From Octopus bimaculoides (lineage: Eukaryota): a DNA stretch of 64,000 bases. This document shows positions 51,930 to 64,000 of this stretch, piece by piece. Location of the stretch: contig NC_068982.1 in NCBI RefSeq assembly GCF_001194135.2, forward strand, positions 88,991,509-89,055,508, read 5' to 3'. The position numbers were made by a program, and so were the translations under genes. Below the pieces are notes generated by a model. The model ran no database searches. It saw nothing but the letters and a program-made list of their open reading frames with translations, and was not told the origin of the DNA. Within the stretch, counting starts at the first letter, position 1. Each line of letters opens with the position of its first letter.

Positions 51930-52440
51930 TGTTTCCTACACCACAGCATCTGTGTTGAACTGACCATTTGCTAAGTGCTCACTGTCAATCTACATGAGCA
52001 TCGTACCTTTGTGATACTAGTCGCACAGCTGAACGAAACTGTCAATTTATGCTTATTGAATAATTTCCTATATCTAACATCTTGTGTAAAATGCTTATTC
52101 AAAAATCTAAGGAAGGCTCTTCCACACAGGTCTTTATGTTGAGTTAGAAAGTAATGGCAAATCAAAGGACTTTATGGTGACACTTTTACTTGTGGGTGTA
52201 AGCGCCAAGGGTATAGGTGATGCGGTCCTTAAACGCTGGCAGCGGGAGCCTTCTTGTAATTGTGGGCTGCAGAATCAAAGACATCTTTATTCAAGGATAG
52301 ATTCAAAATCCTCCAACTAATACCCCTTACAAAGTTTTAAAGACTATATGTGGGTGGCAGGAAGTTGAGTTGATGTAAGACAGCTGCAATAGGACCCGTA
52401 TGAACCGGTTCCAAAATCGAGTGCTGCAACTTAAAAATTT
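51930..52440 (-). mobile_element. Penelope-like element RT C-terminal remnant
   Basis: GRAFLRFLNKHFTQDVRYRKLFNKHKLTVSFSC (G..FL.L..KHFP....L.K.FN...VKVSYSC motif) and GISWRILNLSLNKDVFDSAA. Confidence 0.7.
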
Positions 52441-53464
52441 ACTCTCAACAGCATCACCTATACGCCTGGCGCCTACACCCACAGGTGAAAGCGTTACCAT
52501 AAAGTCTTGTGGAGTTGAGAGTGTGAATCAAGTCTTTCCCGAACCTATTCAGAGTGTACCTATTTGTGCCTCTAGAGGTGGCAAAAGCGTCGTCTCACTA
52601 TTGTCCAAAGCCGGTTGACGGGTATTTCTTACTTAGGGTACCTAGTATAAATAAGAGTCTGGGGTCATAGATGTCTGTGCTATTTAATGTTCGATCGCCA
52701 CGCTAAACGCACTTTGTGGATCAGTTCAGTTAACCAGTTCAAAAATGAGTGCTAAGTGAATAGCCAATTCAACAAAGAAGTCATGGTCTAGGAAGTAGAG
52801 ATAGTAACGTCCAACAACAACGGGCGGCTACACGCAGGCACACAGAGAAATAACGAAGGAACAACGGAGAGTTTAATTCAGGTCTAAATAATCAGACCCA
52901 ATTTTAGAATGAAACAGAAGTGCATTGTTACAACGAGGAAGATACACCGTCCAAAATCAACTCGAAATTGGTGGAATAGTTTACGCCTTATTTGAATGGA
53001 AGTAGGCATTGTAAGCTTTGCTTGTCCGACAGGGGAATTCTTCTTAAAATCTCGCTTGATCCGGGTGACTTCCTGAACCTAAAAATGCGAAATACTTCTT
53101 TACTGCCCCTATGACGGGAAATTTGTTTTGGCAACGTTGTCGTTCCCTTTTTCCAACTAGAACGAAAGACATGTACCCGCATACAGCTTATGTTCTTGAG
53201 CTCCAACTGACACCGTCTCATGGGAAGCAACTTTTCCTAATTTTTTTCTAGCCAGCATGTCTGAAGTGTCGTTAATATTGTTAAGTGCAAGAGTCGGCGC
53301 TAAGCTGTCGATAACGTCCTGATCAGATATATGCTACAACCAGTAAAATACCGATTGACCGTACGAAAATATAACAGCTAGATTTTTTTTTTTTTTGGAG
53401 TGGTTTTTTTCTGACTAATGGACATCTAACTGATTATATATCTAATTATATATTTGTGTGCGTA

Positions 53465-53507
<43 letters not shown>

Positions 53508-53520
53508 GTGNNNNNNNNNN

Positions 53521-53580
<60 letters not shown>

Positions 53581-54954
53581 GTGTGCGTGTGTGGGTGTGT
53601 GTGGGTGTGTGTGTGTAATTTTTCTTCAATAGTGTATTTCAGTATCATTCCAGAATTCTTTTTCTGTTATTTCTGCAGATATTTTACTGTTTTGCTTCTT
53701 GCAAACACTTTATTTATTAACGATACGTTTGTTTTCTTTTGCTGTTTTCGTTCGCGGCTTGCTTATTTGTTCATATATTCCTACATCTAATGACAGGATG
53801 TTCTTACGAGGATAACAGTTCGGCTAGCTTCATGAATGTTTATGCTCTAGAGTTGAGGACATTGATGTCCGTTGAGATTACGCAGTTCAAGATACCAATT
53901 TGTATGACTGAAGTATACATTCATTTTCGACTAATCACTTGTCTTGTTAAAATTGTTGAAATTTCCTTAAATATCGTTCATTCCGTCTGATCATAATTTC
54001 TAGTTTCCTAAATATGTATATTGATCGTAATTAGAATAACAGTCTGTTCTGATAACAATTTAATTCCATCTATGATTCTACTTCCACGATTTATAACAAG
54101 GTTATTTGTTACATAATTCTTTAAGTTTGTTGACACCGCTAAATGTACATTTAAATGAGTTGTGTGATAGTTGTAGCTGGCAGAGTTCATATCCACGACA
54201 GTTAACTGTGACATAGCTCAGCACATCTAGATGTAAATAGATAACAAACGTTTGAGATTGTGCTAAGGTAATCAGTAGAAGTGAGAAATAATTCAGCTAT
54301 TGTTTCTTTATGCTCTAGGTTATTGTCCTCGTGATAATAAACGCTCGAGAACATGATAAACAAGCCAGTTAATTTGTTACGGTATAGATATGTTTATCCG
54401 TTTGTCACTGTGAATCTGTTTCAGTTGGCAGTTGTAACCTGAGTCAAATAAAGACAAAACAGGAAATCTAACAAATTTGTTGTAGAAAGAATAGAACTAG
54501 AGAAACATTTAGAAGCAAATATGTTAGTTTGGTCGGCAGGAATTGTGAAGTAACAAGAGGAAAGGATAGGACGACTCTACAAAGTTGACTAGTATTTTAT
54601 CAAGGAACTAGATTTGAATTCAGCTTCAGAAGATGGAATTTTCGAGAAGTATGTTACAAAAAAGTCATTGAATTAACAAAATATGTGCCAACGCTTAATA
54701 TGACACGATTGAGAAGTAAACATGAGATCAATGTTTATTTATATTTGCTCAAGGCACGAGGGAGGACAACTCTACAGCCCAAATAATTAAAATGAGATAA
54801 CAACACGTAAATTTCAATTGGTTTAATTTAGAAATAACCATGTGATTCTTAGGAAAACATTAGCACAACGAATAATATAAATTTAATATAATTTTAACTT
54901 GATTGTTCGCAAGTTAACTTTGCAAATGCTCCTGATACTGTTGTTATTGTTATA

Positions 54955-55115
54955 AACGTTCATAGTGTGGTTAAGAAGTTTGCTTTCCAACGACGTGGTT
55001 TTGTGTTCAAATCCACTGCACGATACTTTCAGTAATTTTTTTCTACCACAGTCTGTGATCGACAAAATGTTTGTGAATTAAATTCGGTAGCAAGACATTG
55101 CATGAAATCCCGTCA
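54955..55115 (+). mobile_element. Degraded tRNA-derived SINE, family C
   Basis: GTGTGGTTAAGAAGTTTGCTTTCCAAC...GTTCAAATCCACTGC (A- and B-box-like). Confidence 0.6.
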
Positions 55116-55825
55116 GAGTTAAGATCTAAACATCGTCTTAATGTATTTTTTCCGAAATTTTGGTTTTAATAATGATTATCAAAATGGGATTCTCTATTCG
55201 TTGAGCAGTAGAAGCTAACATAACACTACTTTAAAAGAAAGTTTTGAAAGCATGAAGAGGGATGCTCAAAAAATCAAGGATTTTACAAAAGATTTAAGGT
55301 AAAATTCAAAAAGTTTAACGGGTAAAATAATGACACTTCTTTAGACAATCACATTAATGTGATGAATTCTAACGCCATCATGGAATTCATAATATTTTTT
55401 GCTAAACGAAAATAATTCTGAAATTTTTAAAGTCAGCAACAAATATACAAAGTTAGAATTGCTGCAGGTACCAGCAATAGAAGAATGTAGTTGAAATGTA
55501 AACTGTTTGTTTGTAGAAGCGCAAGAGACACGGTAAGTGACGTTATTTGTGCATTTTCATAGTTACAGGTGTTTACTTTGTGCCTTGAAAAAATAAGCTG
55601 AAGAAAAGTCTGGCCGATACAAGATAACAAGATTTGCCCTATCAGACAAATGAAGTTATAGAAACCTATATGTGTGTTTAAAGCTGACGATGGGGCAACA
55701 AAGCTGACTAAAAACTATTTTCCCAATACGTGGGACGAAAATGTGAGTCATAGTGAAACGCATCAGAGATAATTGTTTTTAGAATGTAATATATGGCGAG
55801 TGCTTACGTAGCTATATACAATATA

Positions 55826-56075
55826 TTAAGTTCCTACTCGAGTCATACTGACTCATAAGGGCCAGCTTCTGGTTTCCATTGCGTGTATTATTCCCCACCT
55901 GGACAGGACGCCAGTCCGTCGCAGGATTGCTCATTTTTGCCAGCTGAGTGGGCTGGAGAAACATGAAATGAAGCGTTTTGCTCAAGAACACAACATGTCG
56001 CGCGGTCCTGGAATCAAAACCACAATATTACGATGGTAAGTCGGACGTCGTAACCGCTAAGCCATGCGCCTCCAC
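55826..56075 (-). mobile_element. Near full-length tRNA-derived CORE-like SINE
   Basis: Minus strand GTGGAGGCGCATGGCTTAGCGGTT head; CORE-like TGTGTTCTTGAGCAAAACGCTTCATTTC...CAGCTGGCAAAAATGAG; 3' tail CCCTTATGAGTCAGTATGACTCGAG. Confidence 0.75.
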
Positions 56076-57084
56076 TGTATACAATATGTAGGTGTGTTAT
56101 ATGTATAATGTTTTCCGAGTCTGTCCTAATGACATCTGAAAATCACAAAACGATTATGGAATTGTTCTCCGTACCGAGTATATAATAGAAACTCAAGCGA
56201 GTTTCATGTTAAAGGTAGAAGCATATAAGATTTTCCGGCTAAAACAGCCGAGAGAAGTTAAAACGAAATGATCAGCACAATTGGCGACGGCAAACACCGA
56301 AGAAATCATCTCGTTTTCGACCCCAAACACCTATTAAAAAAGTGAGGACCAAGCATGCCTTTCTCTCAATGGTGTTATCCTATCGTATTGCGAACATCAA
56401 GATACAATTGAGACTGAAGAATAGTGTCCAGGCTGGAGAGAGCCAGTAAACTGGAAATATGAAATAAATGAAAATCCCAAGCAAAAGACATACAAGACTC
56501 AAGAAAAGAGGTCTACTTTCATGGAAGCGCTCAACTTTACGTTGGTCTCAAACAGCAACGATTAGCTGTAAATTAATTGTATAACCTTGATGATAACGAC
56601 TCACGTAGCATGTTCCCCACACGCAGAACAAGTGAATAGCATCAGATTTCTCAAAAAGATGTGATCTGGGTATATTCCCATCTTTGAGTTTCGTTAATAC
56701 CTTACCTCTTGTCTTCTGCTTTACATGTTTTTTTCACTTTTGTATTACCCCTAATTTGTGTCTCATTAAACGTTGAAATAATCTTCTTTTTTCCCCTATG
56801 ATATATTTTCCCGATGACATGAAACTTGTTTTCATCTTCACAATTATTTCTTTTGTTTTGATAATCCATTGGTCTTTCTGATATTTCTTGGTCAAATGTC
56901 TCTTTTACGTAGCCATGAGTTTCATCCTTCAGTTTTGAAGAGCACTTCCAGCTCCAGCTGTGATAGCCATTTTCTTTTCATGATTTGATTTTTCTGTTAC
57001 AGAAGGGAACACATTTATCCCTATCTATATTTAATGCATTCTTTCTCTGCATCCTATTTTTCCAGGCTAGCTCTTGATGTAATA

Positions 57085-57255
57085 TTCCACCATCACCACC
57101 ATCACCACTACCACCACCACCACCACCACCACCACCACGACCACCACCACCACCACCACCATCACCACCACCACCATCACCACTACCACCACCACGACCA
57201 CCACGACCACCACCATCATCATCATTATCATCATTACTATCGTCGTCGTCCTCGC
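57085..57255. repeat. (CAC/CAT/GAC)n trinucleotide microsatellite
   Basis: Directly visible; produces a spurious poly-His ORF. Confidence 0.95.
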
Positions 57256-57889
57256 ATTTAAAGACATGCTTTCTTTATCACTCCTGGATGTTGGATTCTA
57301 ACTAGTTCAAAGCGAACGAAGGAATAGTTTTAGATTTATTTTCATTGAGGGATATTTTGAACATTGGAAGATTGCCAATACTTGATTTCTATTGATAAAT
57401 TTCATTTTTCTTTTCTATCTTGTTTATTATGTACACTCATGAAACGACAACGCGGAAGTCCCTTTAAAACAATTCGTTGAAAGTGATCATATTTACTTAG
57501 AATCAAACAGAAACATTTTGCAGTAAAATGCATTCATTTTGAAAGTAAGAATGTTGATAAATGTATAGATCATAACCGATGACTTTCGCACTAACGATAT
57601 ATGCTTGATAAAAAGAACAACAACGCAATATTTGAACACACCGTTTAAACACAGAAGCTACAAACACACGCACGCACGCGCGCACACACACACACACACA
57701 CACATAAATAGGCTCAAAACAATGATCGAAATTTGATTAGAGAACAAGTTAGGTTTTTCTATTTGATTAGTTTTATGCTGCTCTGAATATTGTGAATTAA
57801 TAGAAAGAGGCCCATCTATAAATTCAAATCTCAAATATCATTGACCCCGGATTTCGGCAACTGACGGATGACACTCCGTTTTAGAGCCC

Positions 57890-58100
57890 TGGATCAGCTG
57901 AATCGATAGCGCGTCGGAAAAAATGTCTTGCCGATTTTGTTCCGATTATTTATGTTCCGAGTTCAAATCCTGCTAAGGTTAGCTTTCAATTTTATCACTT
58001 AGCTTTCGATAAAGCAAAAAGACCAGTCAAGTACTGAGGTCGTTTGTATCGATTAAGGTCCTCTTCCCAAAACTCCTGGCCTTGTGCCACAATTAGAAAT
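57890..58100 (+). mobile_element. Degraded family A SINE
   Basis: GAGTTCAAATCC B-box, TTTCGATAAA core, CCTGGCCTTGTGCC tail. Confidence 0.55.
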
Positions 58101-58614
58101 CTTTATTGATCTGTTCGAGAAGCTTCAAAGAAATGTTATTCCCACAAGCCGAGTTTGCTTTAATAACAAAAAAAGAATTTTCCTGTTTTATAGACATTTT
58201 ACTTCAACAACATTTCTGTCAAGCAAGGAGGGAAATTTGTCTGTTGTCAGCCAATCTGTTAGAAATAATAGCCAAATCAACCTCATACCAATCCGTTCCT
58301 TCTTTTAAAAAATAAACAAACAAAATGACAGGACGTTTGCGATAATATATTTCTTAGAAAGATTTTGGCTAACATAGAAAATATGAATATAGGATAAGGC
58401 GAAACGGTTTTGATCAAAGATTTGTCTGATCGATCAGAGACGACCTGGAACTAAACAAGAATTACTGCTACCACCACCACAACAACAGCAAATGCAACAA
58501 CAACAACAACACTCGTTTCCGTTTTGCGGAATGGCAAGAATATCGCATAATGTAATTCCTGGTTAACTGCCATGATTTTGGAGATCGGTAACTTTGTTAG
58601 GTATAAAGTAACAT

Positions 58615-58647
58615 GCAGCTGTAGTAGTAGTCGTCGTCGTCGTCGTC

Positions 58648-58698
<51 letters not shown>

Positions 58699-58740
58699 AT
58701 AGTAGTAGTAGTAATTGTTGTTGTTGTTGACAGTAGTGTT
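58615..58740. repeat. (GTA)n/(GTC)n/(GTT)n microsatellite
   Basis: Directly visible. Confidence 0.95.
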
Positions 58741-58945
58741 GGTAATGGTGTTCAATCCGAGATCAGACCTCAAAGAGGAAGACCTATCATCAAAAGATTT
58801 CTAGCAATGACAGCCATTCTTGTACTTTTTCTAGACTTCATCACACAAAACGTCTTTCGATCAAATGGCGAAAACTTGGCTTCTATATTTAGTAGGTGTG
58901 CTGAACACATACAGGCACCAACACTAGTCCAAAATATTGCCTTCA

Positions 58946-59148
58946 AATTTTTGGCACAAGGCCAGAAAATTCGGGTGAGGGGATAAGTCGATTACATCGA
59001 CTCCAGTACTCAAGTTGTACGCATTTTATCGACTCCGAAAGGACAAAAGGTAAAGTCGACTTTGGCGGAATTTGAACTCAGAATGTAAAAATGGACGAAA
59101 TCTCGCTAAACAGTTTGTCCGTAAAGATTCTGCTAGGTTGCCGCCTTA
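58946..59148 (-). mobile_element. tRNA-derived SINE, family A, near full length
   Basis: AAATTTTTGGCACAAGGCCAG...GTCGATTACATCGACTCCAGTACTC...GGCGGAATTTGAACTCAGAA...GCCGCCTT. Confidence 0.8.
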
Positions 59149-59590
59149 TATTGCTTCAAAATATTACTCGTTGTTATGTACTTGTTTATCCCCCAAAACA
59201 AAATGACCCCATACAACTGAAAATGAAAAGGTATTACAAACTTACCTATCATGTGTGCTCAAGGACATCGAGGATGACATTACATAATGCTGCCTTATCC
59301 ATCTTTAAAGATAAAAAAAACTATTATTCGTGGTTGACATAGTTGTTAGTTGAACCAAGTCGATTGAGAACGAAGACACCTCATTATTGATTTATTGTTT
59401 CAGCTCCAGTCCCGTCCTAATCGAACAAACTAATATAGAAGAAGCGTACTATCTGCGACGAACTTATATCTTTTCTGAGTTTATCTGGTTCTATATTATT
59501 CAATATCTTCAGCCAATTTTATGAAGATGGGGTGTAATATGAAGATTTGGTCCCTTCCTTGGCTTCTTCCTTGGCTCAATGAAATTATAG

Positions 59591-59656
<66 letters not shown>

Positions 59657-59709
59657 NNNNNNNNNNNNNNNNNNNNNNNNNNNNNNNNNNNATAGATAGA
59701 TATATATAT

Positions 59710-59759
<50 letters not shown>

Positions 59760-59908
59760 GCATATACATATATGCATACATACACATACACACACATAGA
59801 TAGATGTACTATACATGTACATATATATAGAGAGAGATATGGATATATATATATATACACAGACACATACAAACACACACATACATGCATACATACATAC
59901 ATACATGA

Positions 59909-60024
<116 letters not shown>

Positions 60025-62140
60025 AATCATTATTTTCTTGATACATTTAATATGTACGCTAATAAAAATGTATTGAATGATCATTCAGTTTAATGTTACA
60101 TTGCTTATTTTAATATATAACTTCACATGAAAACAAATATCAATATATACATACATGCGTACATAAATACACACATATACGTACAGATGGATGGATGGAT
60201 GGATGGATGGATGGATGGATAGATGGATATGTAATTTTTGCGTATGCATTGCAATGAAGATTTAACAATGAAATATGTATTGATAGTATTTGTTAGAGTC
60301 ATGCGCAGTTTGTATGATTAATTTCAGCATTTGGTAAGTGCTATGGTGAAAATAATCAATCAATAGATGCTATCTTTATTGATTTTGTGTGATTTCTTAG
60401 CAGACGTCAATTGTTGTGGCTGGAGCCCTTTAACCAAATCCAAAGCTTTTATGAAAAATATTGAAAAAGAATCAGCAAAATATTAGTCTCACGGAAAAAA
60501 AAAAACGCTTTTTGAAGGCATTGTTGGGGAGTTAAAGAGATCATATTGCAACCAAGTTGCTCTGCCGGGTGATTTTGTGAAATCTTCAGTACTTTAGCCT
60601 TTACGAGTTATGATTGACTGAAAATGTACAAGCTGCATCCACTGTCCGTCTGTTCCTCTGTCCGATCGTCCAGTTGGCCGTCCATACTTACTTACATACA
60701 TAGATTCTATTGTCTCCGATAAGATACAATAGTGCACAGTTATATTTCAAAGGGAGTATTTCTGTGATGCTGTTTATACTTTCGACAAACCTCTCGTTCT
60801 TTTTGTTAAAGTAATTTTGAGGATATGCGATTGACTAAAGGCAGAAACACTAATCAAGCACATTGTTTCTTTGTGGATGATCTATAAGTATTTGCCAAGT
60901 ATATGAAGATATCAAGGAAAGCTTTATCTTTGTTACAACTTTCTCAAAAGTTGTAAGAATGGATTTGAGGTTGAATATATGTCCTTACATGGTTGTAAAA
61001 CGAAGAACTCACAGTCTCATCAAGCAAACTTTTCATCAAATGGCTCATTTCTGCAGTAGCATGCAAACGTGATAGACTAGAAATAATGGACTGAGACGGA
61101 GAGAAATTATGCACAGGAGTTGAAATCATTTATCTAGCAGATGTCAGCATAGTTTTTCAAGTTTGACGAAAGTAGAACTCTATGGCGAATCGAAGACAGC
61201 TCTTAAGTTACTCCTCTTGTCTATAGTTTATATTACCTCCTATAATAATTGGAGGCCTTCAACATGTGCCTCCGTACTGCTCTTGAGTAGTTGGGTTCCA
61301 CAAAATCACAAAGGCACAGACAAAATATGGAAAACATTTAAGAATTTTAGTAATACGTGTATATAAACTTGAATATACATACATGTATATACTTAATTGC
61401 GTATACATAACTCAAACTATACAGACCCACATACGTAATGACATTTATACGTCTACGTGTTTATATTCACACATACATCAGTACGTACGTACATACATAC
61501 ATACATACATACATACATACATACATACATACATACATACATACATACGTACATACATACATACATACAAGACTACCTCGTTAATGTCTAAATGTGAATG
61601 AGAGTCCTGCTTCTGGATTTGAACATGAAATCGTTTTTTTTTCTGTTGGTGAAAAATTTGAAAAAGGAAAATCAGGAAAATCCGAGTGTGTATATTCAGG
61701 AATATACGCATATACACATGTACAAGGGTGGGCTCGCACATACATACNNNNNNNNNNNNNNNNNNNNNNNNNNNNNNNNNNNNNNNNNNNNNNNNNNNNN
61801 NNNNNNNNNNNNNNNNNNNNNNNNNNNNNNNNNNNNNNNNNNNNNNNNNNNNNNNNNNNNNNNNNNNNNNNNNNNNNNNNNNNNNNNNNNNNNNNNNNNN
61901 NNNNNNNNNNNNNNNNNNNNNNNNNNNNNNNNNNNNNNNNNNNNNNNNNNNNNNNNNNNNNNNNNNNNNNNNNNNNNNNNNNNNNNNNNNNNNNNNNNNN
62001 NNNNNNNNNNNNNNNNNNNNNNNNNNNNNNNNNNNNNNNNNNNNNNNNNNNNNNNNNNNNNNNNNNNNNNNNNNNNNNNNNNNNNNNNNNNNNNNNNNNN
62101 NNNNNNNNNNNNNNNNNNNNNNNNNNNNNNNNNNNNNNNN

Positions 62141-62290
<150 letters not shown>

Positions 62291-62676
62291 CATATGTTTA
62301 TATGTGTATTAATGCATGTGTGTGTATCTGTCTGCGACTTATTTCGTTGTCGAATATACACGAAGACGAGGGAAGTTCTCCTGTCTCGGATTCAGCACCT
62401 CCTGGTCGGCCACTCTCAGCATCAGAAATACAGTGAATTATTGAGAACCAGTAACTATAGTTTGCTTCACAAGTTTCGAAAGCAAATATACGATATACTG
62501 GCGATTAGCCAAAGTAACCTAGATATAGTTACGTATGAATAAATATACATGCAAACATGATACAAACACAAAGGTAATATGTCGAGCAACTTCACTCACA
62601 CTATTCTTACGCACACATACACATACACACATAAACAAACAGACACACACATTCACATTTATATATACACACACAA

Positions 62677-62717
<41 letters not shown>

Positions 62718-62777
62718 TAGATAGACACACACATACCTATATGTATATACATGTATGTATATATGCATGAATGTATG

Positions 62778-62808
<31 letters not shown>

Positions 62809-63334
62809 GCGCGCGCATGCGTGTGAGAATAGTGTGAGTGGAGTTGCTTGACATATACCATTATTTTTAACTCCATGATGTGTTCCTGTATTCAGAATAA
62901 GAAAGCTTTGCAGAGGATAGTAACAAAGATCATAGAGTGTGCAAAAAGAAGTGATAAGGGATTGGAAATTTTCGTGTGAACCTATTTACTTATACCATTC
63001 TTACATGTGTTCCAGTGCAGACTGGCAGACTGCACATGCAAATTTCATATGACACGATTGACTAAGTATATCTCCACATCATCATTTGATATCAAGTTCA
63101 GAAACAATTTCATAACAATCTCTCCAAACTCGATTATAATATACATACATACATACATTTATATATATATATATNNNNNNNNNNNNNNNNNNNNNNNNNN
63201 NNNNNNNNNNNNNNNNNNNNNNNNNNNNNNNNNNNNNNNNNNNNNNNNNNATAGATAGATACATACATACATACATACATTCATACATACATACATGCAT
63301 ACATATGTATATACATATACATTTAAGTAAATTA

Positions 63335-63656
63335 GAGTCATCAGGAAGGAATACGGTTGGACAGATATTTATTTAATCACGACAAATGTTTTTACACAAT
63401 TTAGTTCTTCATATATACAGGTATTTAATTATGCAACCGTTTACCTGTATAATGAGATCCAGTTGTATTTCCTCCGAGGCGTTTTACTAACGGAGACAGC
63501 AACTGAATATCACCTGAGGAAATGCAACTGAATCCCCATGATACAGGTAAACGATTGCATAATCAAATACCTGTATATATCAAGAACTATATTGTGTGCA
63601 AATAATTGTCATGATTAAAAAATTAACTGTCCAAACGTATTCCTTCCCTTTGACTC
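63335..63656. mobile_element. 322-bp foldback element / MITE with about 140-bp arms
   Basis: Left arm GAGTCATCAGGAAGGAATACGGTTGGACAG...TATTTCCTC is the diverged reverse complement of right arm GAGGAAATGCAACTG...CTGTCCAAACGTATTCCTTCCCTTTGACTC; spacer about 40 bp. Confidence 0.8.
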
Positions 63657-64000
63657 AAACTTATTCAGTTTTATTTTCACACAAAACGAATGTCAAAATC
63701 TAAACTTGGAAGTATATCCTAATCGGACCAGCTATTCGGTAATTCTTAGAGTAAACGAAGTCTATACTGTACTCTGCGACGTTTCTTACGGAATATACCT
63801 TAAATAACACTGTCAATAGCCAAATAACTGGTTAAAGTCGCGATTTTTGAATCAGAGTACTACGAAGGGTCAAAGGATGGAAAGACTAAAGTCTACACTT
63901 CGTGCTAAACCAAAAAATGAACCGACCAAAAATGAATATTTCGGATAATAAAATTTCACTTGTGCATCCTAACATGAGGAACAGATCCACAATCGGATAA

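Noticed and set aside
52900-53240. Possible very old minus-strand mariner N-terminus
   Set aside because: Only scattered words (KGND, GVNYST); no TIR or catalytic motif.
55516-55540. 16-nt micro-exon TTTGTAG|AAGCGCAAGAGACACG|GTAAGT
   Set aside because: Such pairs arise by chance in AT-rich DNA and there is no corroborating context.
57034-57261. Poly-histidine ORF resembling a His-rich metal-binding or beak protein
   Set aside because: It is entirely a (CAC/CAT)n microsatellite with non-coding-looking flanks, no signal peptide and no splice support.
62340-62440. GC-richer stretch reading LSNIHEDEGSSPVSDSAPPGRPLSASEIQ*
   Set aside because: No suitable acceptor or start and no recognisable homology; cannot be supported as an exon.

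Overview
AT-rich, repeat-saturated eukaryotic DNA from a draft scaffold, with 14 N-gaps that mostly open at microsatellites. The SINE families and microsatellite load match what I recall of Octopus genomes; this is inference, not a database result. No host protein-coding gene can be called with confidence, and most ORF-track entries are microsatellite or gap artefacts. The window is a mosaic of decayed mobile elements: R4/Dong-like REL retrotransposons, RTE-, CR1- and Tx1/L1-like LINEs, two Penelope-like element (PLE) fragments, a near-complete DD34D mariner plus other mariner pieces, a hAT remnant, Helitron-type elements, a Gypsy gag-protease trace and many tRNA-derived SINEs. The most interesting signals are: (1) a PLE-type minimal hammerhead ribozyme in the tail of a tRNA-headed, SINE-like element arranged as a head-to-head foldback (6081-6533); (2) a second, unrelated minimal hammerhead (47258-47306); (3) apparent (TACA)n targeting by the Dong-like element; (4) a complete 918-bp Helitron inserted at an AT site in a (TGTA)n tract; (5) several young or long inverted and direct repeats; (6) a weak two-exon secreted-peptide candidate. 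All TE translations were done by eye and TE boundaries are approximate.
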